The notes: generated from the sequence alone by a model not told the origin. A stretch of 64,000 nt of DNA from an uncultured Pseudomonadales bacterium (GCA_964635905.1 CAZWPK010000003.1:2459-66458), one strand, 5' to 3'. Positions 44,756 to 54,454 are shown, numbered from the stretch's first letter. Numbers and translations: made by a program.

Positions 44756-46186
44756 ATGTCAAGATTTGCCTCAAAACACACCGATACACTCACCGATCAA
44801 GCGATTCCGGATGATTATGCCGCGGGTTTTTCCTTTCCTACCGATTCCTATGCCTTCATCAGCAAACCAGGATTAAGCAAGAGAGTGGTGGAAGAACTAT
44901 CGCATATCAAAGAAGAACCAGAATGGATGTTGGAGTATCGTCTCAAAGCACTGGAACACTTCAATGCTATGACTGTTCCCACCTGGGGAGCTGATTTGTC
45001 TGGCATTGAGTATGAAAAAATCCATTATTACCTCCGTCCCACGGACAAGTCCGTAAGCTCCTGGGATGATGTGCCCAAGGATGTCAAAGCCACCTTTGAT
45101 AAGTTGGGTATTCCGCAGGCTGAACGCGAAGTACTTGCTGGAGTTAAAGCCCAGTATGACTCGGAAGTTGTCTACGGTTCATTACAAAAAGTTTGGGAAA
45201 ACGAAGGGGTCGTCTTTCTATCGATGGACGAAGGGCTTAAGCAGTATCCAGATTTAGTACAACAGTATTTCGGTAAAATTATTCCTGCGGCGGATAATAA
45301 ATTTGCCGCCCTCAATGCGGCTGTGTGGTCCGGAGGATCCTTTGTCTATGTTCCTAAAGGGGTTCAGGTCAAGATGCCACTTCAAACCTACTTCCGAATC
45401 AACTCTCCCTATGCCGGTCAGTTTGAACGAACACTGATCATTGTGGATGAAGGAGCGAGTGTGCAGTATGTGGAAGGATGCACGGCTCCCTCATTTTCCA
45501 CCAACTCCTTACATTCCGCCGTCGTGGAGATTTTTGTGAAAAAAGGGGCACGGTGCCAATACACCACCATCCAAAACTGGTATAAAAATATTTACAACTT
45601 GGTTACCAAGCGTTCTCATGTGGGTGAAGAGGGAACAATGGTCTGGACTGACTTTAACATGGGCAGTAAAGTCACCATGAAGTATCCCGGTTTCATATTA
45701 GCTGGTAAGGGTGCACGGGGAGAGACTCTCTCGATGGCATTAGCGGGGGCAGGACAGCATCAAGATACTGGTTCCAAAGCTATTCATTTAGCCCCACATA
45801 CAAGTTCTACGATTATCTCGAAATCGATTAGCAAGGACGGTGGACGAACCAGTTACCGAGGCATGGTAGTGGTAAGTCCTGCGGCAACCCAGAGTAAAAA
45901 CACTGTTGTCTGTGACGCAATGCTTTTAGATTCCATATCCCGGTCGGACACCTATCCAACTGATCGTATTCTCAATGATCAGGTTGAGATTCAGCATGAG
46001 GCAACCGTGAGTAAAATTGGAGACGAGCAGCTCTTTTATCTGATGAGTCGAGGAATTAGTGAAGAAGATGCGCGGAAGATGATCGTCAATGGATTCATTG
46101 ATGACTTGGTGCGCAAACTTCCCTTAGAGTATGCGGTGGAAATGAACCGACTCATTGATCATGAGATGGAGGGCAGTATTGGCTAA
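44756..46186 (+). CDS. sufB: Fe-S scaffold SufB
   Basis: AQYDSE, GQFERTLII, YVEGCTAP, LHSAVVE, HEATVSK. Confidence 0.97.
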   Translation: MSRFASKHTDTLTDQAIPDDYAAGFSFPTDSYAFISKPGLSKRVVEELSHIKEEPEWMLEYRLKALEHFNAMTVPTWGADLSGIEYEKIHYYLRPTDKSVSSWDDVPKDVKATFDKLGIPQAEREVLAGVKAQYDSEVVYGSLQKVWENEGVVFLSMDEGLKQYPDLVQQYFGKIIPAADNKFAALNAAVWSGGSFVYVPKGVQVKMPLQTYFRINSPYAGQFERTLIIVDEGASVQYVEGCTAPSFSTNSLHSAVVEIFVKKGARCQYTTIQNWYKNIYNLVTKRSHVGEEGTMVWTDFNMGSKVTMKYPGFILAGKGARGETLSMALAGAGQHQDTGSKAIHLAPHTSSTIISKSISKDGGRTSYRGMVVVSPAATQSKNTVVCDAMLLDSISRSDTYPTDRILNDQVEIQHEATVSKIGDEQLFYLMSRGISEEDARKMIVNGFIDDLVRKLPLEYAVEMNRLIDHEMEGSIG

Positions 46187-46187
46187 T

Positions 46188-46688
46188 ATGAAACCGATTC
46201 AGCCCGAGGCAATCCTTACCACAGTTACCCACGATGCAACAAAACTGACTCTCACACAATCGGGAAACTATCGAGTGGAGATTGTTGAGAGTGGCGCAAG
46301 CGTGCAGATTGATGGTCGATTTTTAACGCGTCAATCCGAAGAAATTCATATCAACTTAACCATCGTACATAAAGCTGCGCACACCCGTGCGAACACCATG
46401 CTTAAAGGAGTAGCCTTAGGATCCAGTAAAATCCGTTTTTTTGGACGCATTATTATCGAGGAGAATTGTGGGGATACGCAATCGTTTCTGGAAGAACGTA
46501 TTTTGCTTCTTTCCGATTCCGCAAAAGTGGAAGCTATTCCAGAGTTAGAAATTTTAACGGATGATGTGAAGTGCTCCCACGCGGCGAGCATTTCAAGAAT
46601 TCCTCAGGAGCATCTCTTCTATTTGCAAAGCAGAGGCATCCCATTAAATAAAGCTCAAGACCTAATTGTTGAAGGATTTTTGGAGTAG
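46188..46688 (+). CDS. sufD: Minimal SufD-like protein (C-terminal region only)
   Basis: PELEILTDDVKCSHAAS, LFYLQSRGI, LIVEGF; about 166 aa. Confidence 0.88.
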   Translation: MKPIQPEAILTTVTHDATKLTLTQSGNYRVEIVESGASVQIDGRFLTRQSEEIHINLTIVHKAAHTRANTMLKGVALGSSKIRFFGRIIIEENCGDTQSFLEERILLLSDSAKVEAIPELEILTDDVKCSHAASISRIPQEHLFYLQSRGIPLNKAQDLIVEGFLE

Positions 46689-46715
46689 GTGCAGGCTTCT
46701 TGATACAATACAGGA

Positions 46716-47945
46716 ATGTTTGACCCTTTATTGCTTCGAGCGGACTTTCCCATTCTTTCCAATCCCCATCCCAGTGGACATCCATTGGTGTACTTGGATA
46801 GCGCTGCCACCAGTCAGAAGCCTCAAGCCGTCATCGATGCAATCGTAGAGTATTACAAGACAAGTAATGCCAATATTCATCGTGGAATTCATTTCCTAGG
46901 GGATCAATCAACCAAGAATTGGCATGCCGCCCGACAGACTGTCGCTTCTTTTTTTGGGTGTAGTGAAGAGGAGTTGGTGTTGGTTCGCAATACCACCGAA
47001 GCGCTCAATGCCATCGCGATCTCCTGGGGAGAACAGCATCTTCGTGCTGGTGCGACTATTCTGGCCACACAGCTGGAACACCACAGTAATTTAGTCCCCT
47101 GGCAGCAGTTATGTAAACGTAAAGGAACCTCTCTGGAACCAATCCCGGTATTGCCAGACGGCACCTTGGATCAAGCATGGTTGGAGCATCGGCTAGAAGA
47201 TACTAGTCGTCCGGTTCAATTACTTGCGCTGTCCCATGTGTCAAATACCCTGGGTACGATCAATCCCATCCAAGAAATGGGAAAACTGGCAAAGAAACAT
47301 GGAGTAACGGTAGTCGTTGATGGAGCGCAGGCTGCACCACACCTTCCAATTCGCTTTGACAGTCTACCGGTAGATTTCTACGCAGTGTCGGCTCATAAGA
47401 TGTTAGGTCCAATGGGAATCGGTGGATTATTAGTGAAGAAAGACGTACTCACAACTCTTGAGCCCTGGTTGTTCGGGGGAGGCATGATTGATCGGGTTGA
47501 GGACACAAGAGCAACGTTTGCAGAAGATCTGGTTGATCGTTTTACTGCAGGTACCCCAGACGTTGCGGGAATTGTAGGGTGGGCTGCTGCGTGCACGTAT
47601 CTTGAGGGTTTGGGGATGTCTCATGTTGCGGCACACGATGAACAACTTGTTATGTATGCAATCGAACAGTTAGCACATAATAGTCGTGTCAAGTTGGTAG
47701 GACCACGATCACAGCGCTGTGGATCGGTAGCTTTTGTGTACGAGGGAGTTCATGCCCACGACGTTGCTCAAATCTTAGATAGCGAGGGAATAGCGGTTCG
47801 TTCTGGTCATCACTGTACGATGCCACTGCATACTCATATGAAGTGGGGAGCAACGACGCGGATTAGTTTTAATGTATATACCTCGACAGCCGATATTGAT
47901 TGTTTAGTAGAAGCCCTCTCTAAAGTAGACACTATTTTTTCCTAA
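46716..47945 (+). CDS. sufS: Cysteine desulfurase SufS
   Basis: YLDSAATSQKP, EHHSN, DGAQ, SAHKM, RSGHHC. Confidence 0.96.
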   Translation: MFDPLLLRADFPILSNPHPSGHPLVYLDSAATSQKPQAVIDAIVEYYKTSNANIHRGIHFLGDQSTKNWHAARQTVASFFGCSEEELVLVRNTTEALNAIAISWGEQHLRAGATILATQLEHHSNLVPWQQLCKRKGTSLEPIPVLPDGTLDQAWLEHRLEDTSRPVQLLALSHVSNTLGTINPIQEMGKLAKKHGVTVVVDGAQAAPHLPIRFDSLPVDFYAVSAHKMLGPMGIGGLLVKKDVLTTLEPWLFGGGMIDRVEDTRATFAEDLVDRFTAGTPDVAGIVGWAAACTYLEGLGMSHVAAHDEQLVMYAIEQLAHNSRVKLVGPRSQRCGSVAFVYEGVHAHDVAQILDSEGIAVRSGHHCTMPLHTHMKWGATTRISFNVYTSTADIDCLVEALSKVDTIFS

Positions 47946-47947
47946 CT

Positions 47948-48319
47948 ATGGATGATCTGTATTTAGACACCATTCTTGATTTGTATAAACACCCGCAGCA
48001 TGCCGGATGGCTAGCAGAAGACCCAATGTACCTACGAAAGTGCGCCTCTGCGATCAATGCAAGTTGCGGAGATCATTTTGAAGTGGCACTTCATATTCAG
48101 GATCACATCATCAGAGATGCAAAATGGCGTGGGCAGGGGTGTGCTATTAGTTCTGCTGCGATGGATCAAGTATGCGGATGGATGATTGGGAAAGACGTTT
48201 CAGCGTTGCAATCACTTACAAAGCAGACAATCTTAGAGCTTCTAGGACTGGACACGATTATCCCAGCAAGAGAGAAATGTGCTTTCTTATCACTGCATTT
48301 GCGGTTTATTGACGATTAA
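47948..48319 (+). CDS. sufU: SufU/IscU-like protein
   Basis: NASCGD, GQGCAIS, REKCA. Confidence 0.88.
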   Translation: MDDLYLDTILDLYKHPQHAGWLAEDPMYLRKCASAINASCGDHFEVALHIQDHIIRDAKWRGQGCAISSAAMDQVCGWMIGKDVSALQSLTKQTILELLGLDTIIPAREKCAFLSLHLRFIDD

Positions 48320-48536
48320 CAAATGTTACTAGAGGTTCGATCGCGCTGATTATATCCGTAACTGCCTTTTCAGCTTTTTCCTCGTCTCCAACCACCTGAC
48401 ACTTTAAGAAAGGTCTATCCATTGAAAGTCGTAGGGCACCTTCGTGCTTTGTTAAGATTTCTTCAGCTTTTTTTAAAACCATCGTTCCTGCTGCTTGATC
48501 ATGTGATCTAAAAAAAAGAACAATCTCTTTGGCCAT
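48306..48536 (-). CDS. Small hypothetical protein
   Basis: ORF filling the gap between sufU and yjjX; GAAAGG upstream of ATG 48536; start uncertain. Confidence 0.5.
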   Translation of the reverse strand: MAKEIVLFFRSHDQAAGTMVLKKAEEILTKHEGALRLSMDRPFLKCQVVGDEEKAEKAVTDIISAIEPLVTFVNRQ

Positions 48537-48728
48537 GGTTGCCTTTCCCATAGCTAAGCTACTCCACAAAATGCATAGTGAAGTTGTTTAGATATGTACC
48601 ACTCCTATTGGAAATACTGGTGCTATTTTCACTCTGGATCGAAGATGTGTCAACCCTATATCTTTAGCAATGCTTTTTAATGTTTTGTCTGCTGGAGAAG
48701 CATAGCCGCGGAGGGTATACTACCGCGT

Positions 48729-49298
48729 ATGTACATTGCTGTTGGCTCTACGAATGTTGTTAAAATCAATGCAGTTATTCAAGCGGTAACGCATGAATGG
48801 CCCGATGCGGTGATAGAGGGCTTTGATACCGATACCGGAGTATCAGCACAGCCGCGCTCCGATCATGAAACTTTTTTAGGTTCTCGTAATCGAGCCAGTC
48901 GTGCACTGGAAGCGATGCTGGCTAGTAAGGGGGACAGTATCCCTACCGATAATTCTGAGCTGTTAGGTGTGGGACTTGAAGGAGGAGTGGATGAAACAGA
49001 GGACGGGATGCTCAATGTCGTCTGGTGTAGTGTGGTTGATCGGGAAGGCCGCTTCTTTTCATCCTCGGGGGCACGTTTCCTACTCGACGATGAGTTGGCC
49101 TCTAGAATTCTGATGGGCGAGGAGATGGGTCCGATCATGGATACTTTGATTCAAGACAAGGATGTCAAGAAAAAACAAGGGATGATCGGAGTCGTCACTC
49201 AGGATTTTTTCTCCCGAACCGATGAATATGCATCCATTGCTCGGTTAACAATTGGCTTGTGGTTTGGCCGAAACTGGCGACAAAAATATCAAATTTGA
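48729..49298 (+). CDS. yjjX: Non-canonical purine NTP phosphatase (YjjX/DUF84)
   Basis: AVGSTNVVKINAV, GVSAQP, GSRNRA, GVGLEGG, GMIGVVT. Confidence 0.9.
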   Translation: MYIAVGSTNVVKINAVIQAVTHEWPDAVIEGFDTDTGVSAQPRSDHETFLGSRNRASRALEAMLASKGDSIPTDNSELLGVGLEGGVDETEDGMLNVVWCSVVDREGRFFSSSGARFLLDDELASRILMGEEMGPIMDTLIQDKDVKKKQGMIGVVTQDFFSRTDEYASIARLTIGLWFGRNWRQKYQI

Positions 49299-49313
49299 TC
49301 TATACTTACAAAC

Positions 49314-50027
49314 ATGCCTATTTCTCAGTACACTGCAAAGCTTTCTGACCGGATCACTATTGGAGGAAAATTCATTCATCTCCACTTAGAACTCCTCAGT
49401 CCCAACAAGATTACCTTTACAGCGGGCCAGTATCTATTACTTAACTGTCCGACAACTCCACAAAAGCGACAATACTCCATTGTGTCTGCACCTCGACTGG
49501 ATCACGCGATAGAACTTTTAGTGGAAGTCATCCCCAACGGGCAGGCCTCAGGATATCTAAATAATCTTGCCCTTGGAGCAGAAGTGAGTTTTTATGCTCC
49601 AGCTGGTGAATTTACAATTTCTCCCCAAGTCAATCAATTGCAAGAACCATTAGTGTTTGTCGCAACAGGGTCGGGAATTGCACCCTTTCGAGCCATGATT
49701 TTAGATCAGTTACGGACACAAGAAACGACGCGTCCCCTTCATTTACTCTGGGGAATGCGCCATGCAGACGAGCTGTTTTGGTTGGACCAGCTAGAGGAGC
49801 TTCATGATAATTTCAAGAATTTTACCTACCATATCGTCTTGTCACAGGCTCCCGACGAATGGACGCTCTGTCGTGGACATGTCACGGATTGTCTGGGTGT
49901 TCATGACCTGCTCCCGGATGCGCAGTATTATCTGTGTGGAAGCACAAAAATGATTACGGATGTGACACAAGTCTTACAGACTCGTGGAGTAACTCCCGAC
50001 AAGGTTCATTTCGAGAAGTTTATATAA
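49314..50027 (+). CDS. FAD/NAD(P)-binding ferredoxin reductase-type oxidoreductase
   Basis: FTAGQY, RQYSI, ATGSGIAPF, YLCGS, HFEKF. Confidence 0.92.
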   Translation: MPISQYTAKLSDRITIGGKFIHLHLELLSPNKITFTAGQYLLLNCPTTPQKRQYSIVSAPRLDHAIELLVEVIPNGQASGYLNNLALGAEVSFYAPAGEFTISPQVNQLQEPLVFVATGSGIAPFRAMILDQLRTQETTRPLHLLWGMRHADELFWLDQLEELHDNFKNFTYHIVLSQAPDEWTLCRGHVTDCLGVHDLLPDAQYYLCGSTKMITDVTQVLQTRGVTPDKVHFEKFI

Positions 50028-50039
50028 GAAAGGCATTCT

Positions 50040-50333
50040 ATGGCAGATAGCGCCACCATCACTCCTGTAACGACGGACGAATCGGTTGCTCCCGCAGATA
50101 AAAACAAAGGTCCAGGAAAATATAAAGTAAAAGTCTTGCGTCCCAAGTGTATTGGAGCAGCTTCCTGTGTGGCCATTGCCCCAAAGGTGTTTGGCTTAGA
50201 TGCAAAAAACTTAGCGTTCGTTATCTCTGAAGATGAATTAGATGATATTAAACTCTTGGCTGCCCAGAGTTGTCCCACGGCTGCTATCGTGGTTGAAGAT
50301 ATCGAGACAGGGTCACAAGTGTGGCCGATGTAA
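50040..50333 (+). CDS. Ferredoxin, probable [3Fe-4S] type
   Basis: CIGAASC...AAQSCPTAAI (CxxAxxC...CP). Confidence 0.9.
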   Translation: MADSATITPVTTDESVAPADKNKGPGKYKVKVLRPKCIGAASCVAIAPKVFGLDAKNLAFVISEDELDDIKLLAAQSCPTAAIVVEDIETGSQVWPM

Positions 50334-50447
50334 TCATGTTTGTTGGTTTATTGATTAATTGCATTCCACTACTGCAATAGTATTCTGCTGCTTTTACGCA
50401 CGTAATACGCTATGATGACAACGGAAATTTAGCCAAGGATGCATATT

Positions 50448-51389
50448 ATGACAATTGTGCTTACAGGTTCCATCGCCATGGATCGGATTATGAGTTATGC
50501 CGGACGCTTTGCGGATGTCATTCAACCGGACAAATTACATATTTTGTCACTATCAGTCCTTCTCTGTGATTTGCAGGAAACGAAAGGTGGGGTGGCTGCC
50601 AATATTGCCTATACCTTAGCTCTCCTGGGGGAGAGACCAATTTTGTATGGTTCGGTAGGGCCGAATGCTTCAGGATATATGGATGAGTTGGCAAAACTAG
50701 GGATTGACGTATCTCTGGTGCATTATTCTTCGTTACCGACTGCAAGTTTCTCGGTAATTACCGATGTTGCAGACTGCCAAGTGGGTGGCTTTTATGCAGG
50801 TGCAATGAGTGATGCAAAAAGTCTTTCTATAGAAGAATTTAAAGATCATGATGTGTTTGTCGTCATTTCACCGCATGATCCCGATCAAATGGCGGTGCAG
50901 GTGGAAGAGTGTAAGAAATTAAGCAAACGCTACTGTTATGATATCGGGCAGCAAGCGACGAATGTCGCTGCCAAAGACATCAAAAATGGAATCGAAGGTT
51001 GTGAACTCTTAATCGTCAATGACTATGAGATGGGAATTATCCAGCAAAAGACCGGCTGGACGCAGGATAAAATCGTCACCATGATTCCAACTTGTGTAAT
51101 CACGCTGGGTGAGAAGGGCTGTGTCGTTTGGCATGAAGGGAAACAGCGGATGATCCCGGCAATCAAAGATGTAAAAGTTGTTGATCCAACGGGGGCCGGT
51201 GACGCATTTCGCGCTGGATTTTTGTATGGATATCTACGACAAGTAGAACCCACTGTCTGTGCGCAAATTGGAGGCACATCTGCCTCGTTTGCCATTGAGG
51301 CCTCTGGAACTCAAACGCATCATTTTACTCGAGAGCGCTTTAAGGAGCGTTATGAATCCGCGTTTGGATCAACATCAGTATTGCAATAA
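50448..51389 (+). CDS. Adenosine-kinase-like PfkB enzyme
   Basis: GSIAMDRIM, GGVAANIAY, FYAGAM, DPTGAGDAFRAG; directly upstream of ahcY. Confidence 0.85.
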   Translation: MTIVLTGSIAMDRIMSYAGRFADVIQPDKLHILSLSVLLCDLQETKGGVAANIAYTLALLGERPILYGSVGPNASGYMDELAKLGIDVSLVHYSSLPTASFSVITDVADCQVGGFYAGAMSDAKSLSIEEFKDHDVFVVISPHDPDQMAVQVEECKKLSKRYCYDIGQQATNVAAKDIKNGIEGCELLIVNDYEMGIIQQKTGWTQDKIVTMIPTCVITLGEKGCVVWHEGKQRMIPAIKDVKVVDPTGAGDAFRAGFLYGYLRQVEPTVCAQIGGTSASFAIEASGTQTHHFTRERFKERYESAFGSTSVLQ

Positions 51390-51403
51390 TTTAAAGGGAA
51401 TCT

Positions 51404-52717
51404 ATGTCACAAAAAACAACGGACTACAAAGTAAAAGATATTTCATTGGCAGAGTGGGGACGCTCGGAAATCACCTTAGCCGAACATGAGATGCCGGGAT
51501 TGCTTGCCCTTCGAAAAGAATTAGGCAAGAAGAAACCCTTAAAAGGAGCGCGGATTGCCGGCTCTCTCCACATGACCATTCAAACTGCCGTGCTCATTGA
51601 AACCTTAGTTGCATTGGGAGCAGAAGTGCGTTGGGCATCCTGCAACATCTTTTCAACCCAAGATCATGCCGCCGCAGCGATTGCCAAAGCTGGAATTCCG
51701 GTGTTTGCCTGGAAAGGGGAAACAGAAGAAGAGTACTGGTGGTCAACCGATCAGATTTTCAATTTTGTCGATAAGAGTGGCAAGCTCGTGGGACCCAATC
51801 TGGTTGTTGATGATGGATTTGATGCAACGTGGTGGTTACATGAGAAGCGCTCGGAACTGCTCGCAAACATTAAAGGTGTCTCGGAAGAAACCACTACAGG
51901 AGTTCACAAACTGACCAAGTTATTTGAAGAGGGTAAACTCAAAATTCCCGCAATTAATGTGAACGACTCGGTTACCAAGTCAAAATTCGACAATATCTAT
52001 GGGTGTCGAGAATCGCTAGTGGACGGAATTCGTCGAGCTACCGATATCATGTTGGCAGGAAAAGTAGCATTGGTTGCAGGATATGGAGATGTAGGTAAAG
52101 GGAGTGCCCAGAGTCTGAAAAACAACGGGGCTCGGGTCATTGTTACTGAAATTGACCCTATTTGTGCATTACAAGCAGCGATGGAAGGGTATGAGGTGAA
52201 ACGAATCGAGGAAGTAATTCCCGAGGTGGATATTTTTGTGACTACAACAGGATGTAAAGACGTGATCACACTCGAACACATGAAGAAAATGAAAGACACG
52301 GCAATTGTCTGCAACATCGGACATTTTGACGTCGAAATTCAAGTTGAGAAACTCAATCACGCAAAAGGAGTTACTAAAACCACCATTAAACCTCAAGTTG
52401 ATCTCTACACATTCCCGGATGGTCATCGTATTCTTTTGCTTGCAGAAGGACGTTTGGTCAATTTAGGTTGCGCTATGGGACACCCCTCGTTTGTGATGAG
52501 TAATTCCTTTACCAATCAGGTGTTAGCACAGATCGAACTTTTCACCAAAGACTATCCAATCGGTGTCCATCGTTTGCCCAAAGAACTGGATGAAAAAGTC
52601 GCGGCTCTCCATTTAGAGCATATCGGAGTGCATTTAACGACGTTAACCAGAGAGCAGTCAGAATACCTTGGGGTAGCTGCAACCGGACCGTATAAGCCAG
52701 ATCACTATCGCTATTAA
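51404..52717 (+). CDS. ahcY: S-adenosylhomocysteine hydrolase
   Basis: [58 protein letters not shown]. Confidence 0.98.
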   Translation: MSQKTTDYKVKDISLAEWGRSEITLAEHEMPGLLALRKELGKKKPLKGARIAGSLHMTIQTAVLIETLVALGAEVRWASCNIFSTQDHAAAAIAKAGIPVFAWKGETEEEYWWSTDQIFNFVDKSGKLVGPNLVVDDGFDATWWLHEKRSELLANIKGVSEETTTGVHKLTKLFEEGKLKIPAINVNDSVTKSKFDNIYGCRESLVDGIRRATDIMLAGKVALVAGYGDVGKGSAQSLKNNGARVIVTEIDPICALQAAMEGYEVKRIEEVIPEVDIFVTTTGCKDVITLEHMKKMKDTAIVCNIGHFDVEIQVEKLNHAKGVTKTTIKPQVDLYTFPDGHRILLLAEGRLVNLGCAMGHPSFVMSNSFTNQVLAQIELFTKDYPIGVHRLPKELDEKVAALHLEHIGVHLTTLTREQSEYLGVAATGPYKPDHYRY

Positions 52718-52798
52718 ATTGCAGCTGTTTTTCAGAGAGGAATACTACACTTATCTTACAAACGTACGTTAAAAAAGCATAGTGTACAATGAACCCTT

Positions 52799-53431
52799 AT
52801 GAAAAATCTTGGTTTACTCATAGGCTCACTCGTTATCACCTTAATTGCAGTCGTGGCCGTTGCGTTTTTGTTCACGCGCAAAGTAAATGCCCCCATTGTT
52901 CCAGCCGATCCACAAATTCTGCTGGGAGAGAGTTTAAATACCAAAGGTAACCCAACTGCGAAGGTCACCGTTGTGGAGTTTTCCGATTTTCAATGCCCTT
53001 CCTGCAAAGCGATTCAACCATTAATTGATGACATTTATTCCAGTGCCTCCGATAGTGTCAAAATCGTCTACCGACACTATCCCTTACGGACCATTCATCC
53101 GAATGCTTTGGCTGCAGCCAAAGCCGCCCAAGCTGCCGGAAAGCAAAATAAATTCTTTGACTATCACGACAAACTCTTTGCTGTACAAGAGGAATGGGCT
53201 GAGGAGTCAGACCCTATGGGAAAGTTTGAGCAGTACGCAACCGAACTTGGATTAAATATCGATCAATGGAAAAAAGACGTGGCGGATAAGGCAATCGAGG
53301 ATATCGTATTGAAGGATGAAGCCGATGGAAACACGCTCGGTGTCGACTCCACGCCCACCATTTATGTAAACAACGTAAAAACTGATCTAAACGATGTTTC
53401 CAGTGCGGTCTCTCAAGCATTAGCCCAGTAG
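52799..53431 (+). CDS. DsbA-family thiol-disulfide oxidoreductase
   Basis: N-terminal TM, EFSDFQCPSC, YRHYPL, GVDSTPT. Confidence 0.92.
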   Translation: MKNLGLLIGSLVITLIAVVAVAFLFTRKVNAPIVPADPQILLGESLNTKGNPTAKVTVVEFSDFQCPSCKAIQPLIDDIYSSASDSVKIVYRHYPLRTIHPNALAAAKAAQAAGKQNKFFDYHDKLFAVQEEWAEESDPMGKFEQYATELGLNIDQWKKDVADKAIEDIVLKDEADGNTLGVDSTPTIYVNNVKTDLNDVSSAVSQALAQ

Positions 53432-53509
53432 AATAGTCAACTTCCGTACCAGATACGCCTCTTTTGTAGGGGGAAGTTTAGTGTATTGCACAAAACCCGT
53501 AATCGCCCC

Positions 53510-53538
53510 TTGACGTGCCAGAGTAGAGTTGCTATTGT
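53510..53538 (+). promoter_or_regulatory. Sigma70-type promoter of the 69-aa gene
   Basis: TTGACG-17 nt-TATTGT with extended TG. Confidence 0.6.
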
Positions 53539-53601
53539 GAAGCTCATTAGTCTGGTACCTCAAGGAATCCAGGCAAATAGTAATCTAATAAAGGAGGGAG
53601 C

Positions 53602-53811
53602 ATGGCAGCAACGCTTCCGTATAAGAATTCTAAAGGTCAAACTTATTTTCTTCACACACGTGAAGTAAAGTTGAAGAATGGTCGCATTCAGCGCATTTAC
53701 TACTTTGCTCGTGATGAAAGAGAAGGGTTGCTAACTGAAGTCCCTCAAGGATATCAAGTAGTTGAAACCAAGAGAACTGGAATGCCTGTTTTAAAAAAGG
53801 CTGATAAATAA
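53602..53811 (+). CDS. Small basic conserved hypothetical protein (69 aa)
   Basis: Strong SD AAGGAGG; YKNSKGQTYFLH...IYYFA...RTGMPVLKK. Confidence 0.85.
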   Translation: MAATLPYKNSKGQTYFLHTREVKLKNGRIQRIYYFARDEREGLLTEVPQGYQVVETKRTGMPVLKKADK

Positions 53812-53838
53812 GTTTGTTTCAAATAGATAGTGTACGAT

Positions 53839-53867
53839 AGAGGACCACCTTAAACGGTGGTCCTCTT
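53839..53867 (+). terminator. 11-bp hairpin after the 69-aa gene, probable terminator
   Basis: AGAGGACCACC-TTAAAC-GGTGGTCCTCT; U-tract is short. Confidence 0.6.
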
Positions 53868-53884
53868 GATAGAATAGGGATTGT

Positions 53885-54211
53885 ATGCAGATTACGTCAC
53901 CATTAATTTATGAACGACTAAAAACCGTGATGGATCCGGAACTCAACATTAATATCGTAGACTTAGGTCTAGTGTATGGAGTGGATATCACCCAAAATGA
54001 TCCAGCCTCTCCGGCAACGGTTGTCATCACGATGACGCTCACGACACCAGGCTGTCCGTTAGCGGCAACTTTTGAAACGATGATCAAAGATGCATTGTGG
54101 GGAATTGAAAGCTTAGATGTGGATCATGACCTGAAACTCAACTTAACGTTTGACCCCCCGTGGGTCTCTGACATGATGAGTGAAGAAGCCAAAGCAGAAC
54201 TCGGGCTATAA
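53885..54211 (+). CDS. sufT: Metal-sulfur cluster assembly factor SufT (DUF59/PaaD-like)
   Basis: VMDPELNINIVDLGLVY, MTLTTPGCP, FDPPW. Confidence 0.92.
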   Translation: MQITSPLIYERLKTVMDPELNINIVDLGLVYGVDITQNDPASPATVVITMTLTTPGCPLAATFETMIKDALWGIESLDVDHDLKLNLTFDPPWVSDMMSEEAKAELGL

Positions 54212-54243
54212 CGGAATCTTCATGGTAAAATAAGATGTCTTTG

Positions 54244-54315
54244 GCGCCCATAGTTTAATGGATAGAATAGGAGTTTGCGGAACTTCTGATCCAAGTTCGA
54301 TTCTTGGTGGGCGCA
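54244..54315 (+). tRNA. tRNA-Arg(GCG)
   Basis: GCGCCCA/TGGGCGC acceptor stem, anticodon arm GGAGT-TT-GCG-GA-ACTTC, GTTCGATT. Confidence 0.92.
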
Positions 54316-54332
54316 CCCTTGGATTTTTTAAA

Positions 54333-54422
54333 GGAGGGGTGCCTCGAGCGGCTTATGGGCCAGGTTTCGAAAACCTTGGGGGGCGTAACAGCTCCACGTG
54401 GGTTCGAATCCCACCCCCTCCG
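54333..54422 (+). tRNA. tRNA-Ser(CGA)
   Basis: GGAGGGG/CCCCTCC acceptor stem, TT-CGA-AA loop, long variable arm, GGTTCGAATCC, G73. Confidence 0.9.
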
Positions 54423-54454
54423 CAACTTTCATTTATATATTCAAAAAGTAGAAC

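Noticed and set aside
50334-50447. Possible SAH or purine riboswitch upstream of the kinase-ahcY pair
   Set aside because: No recognisable consensus by eye; an Rfam/Infernal scan would settle it.
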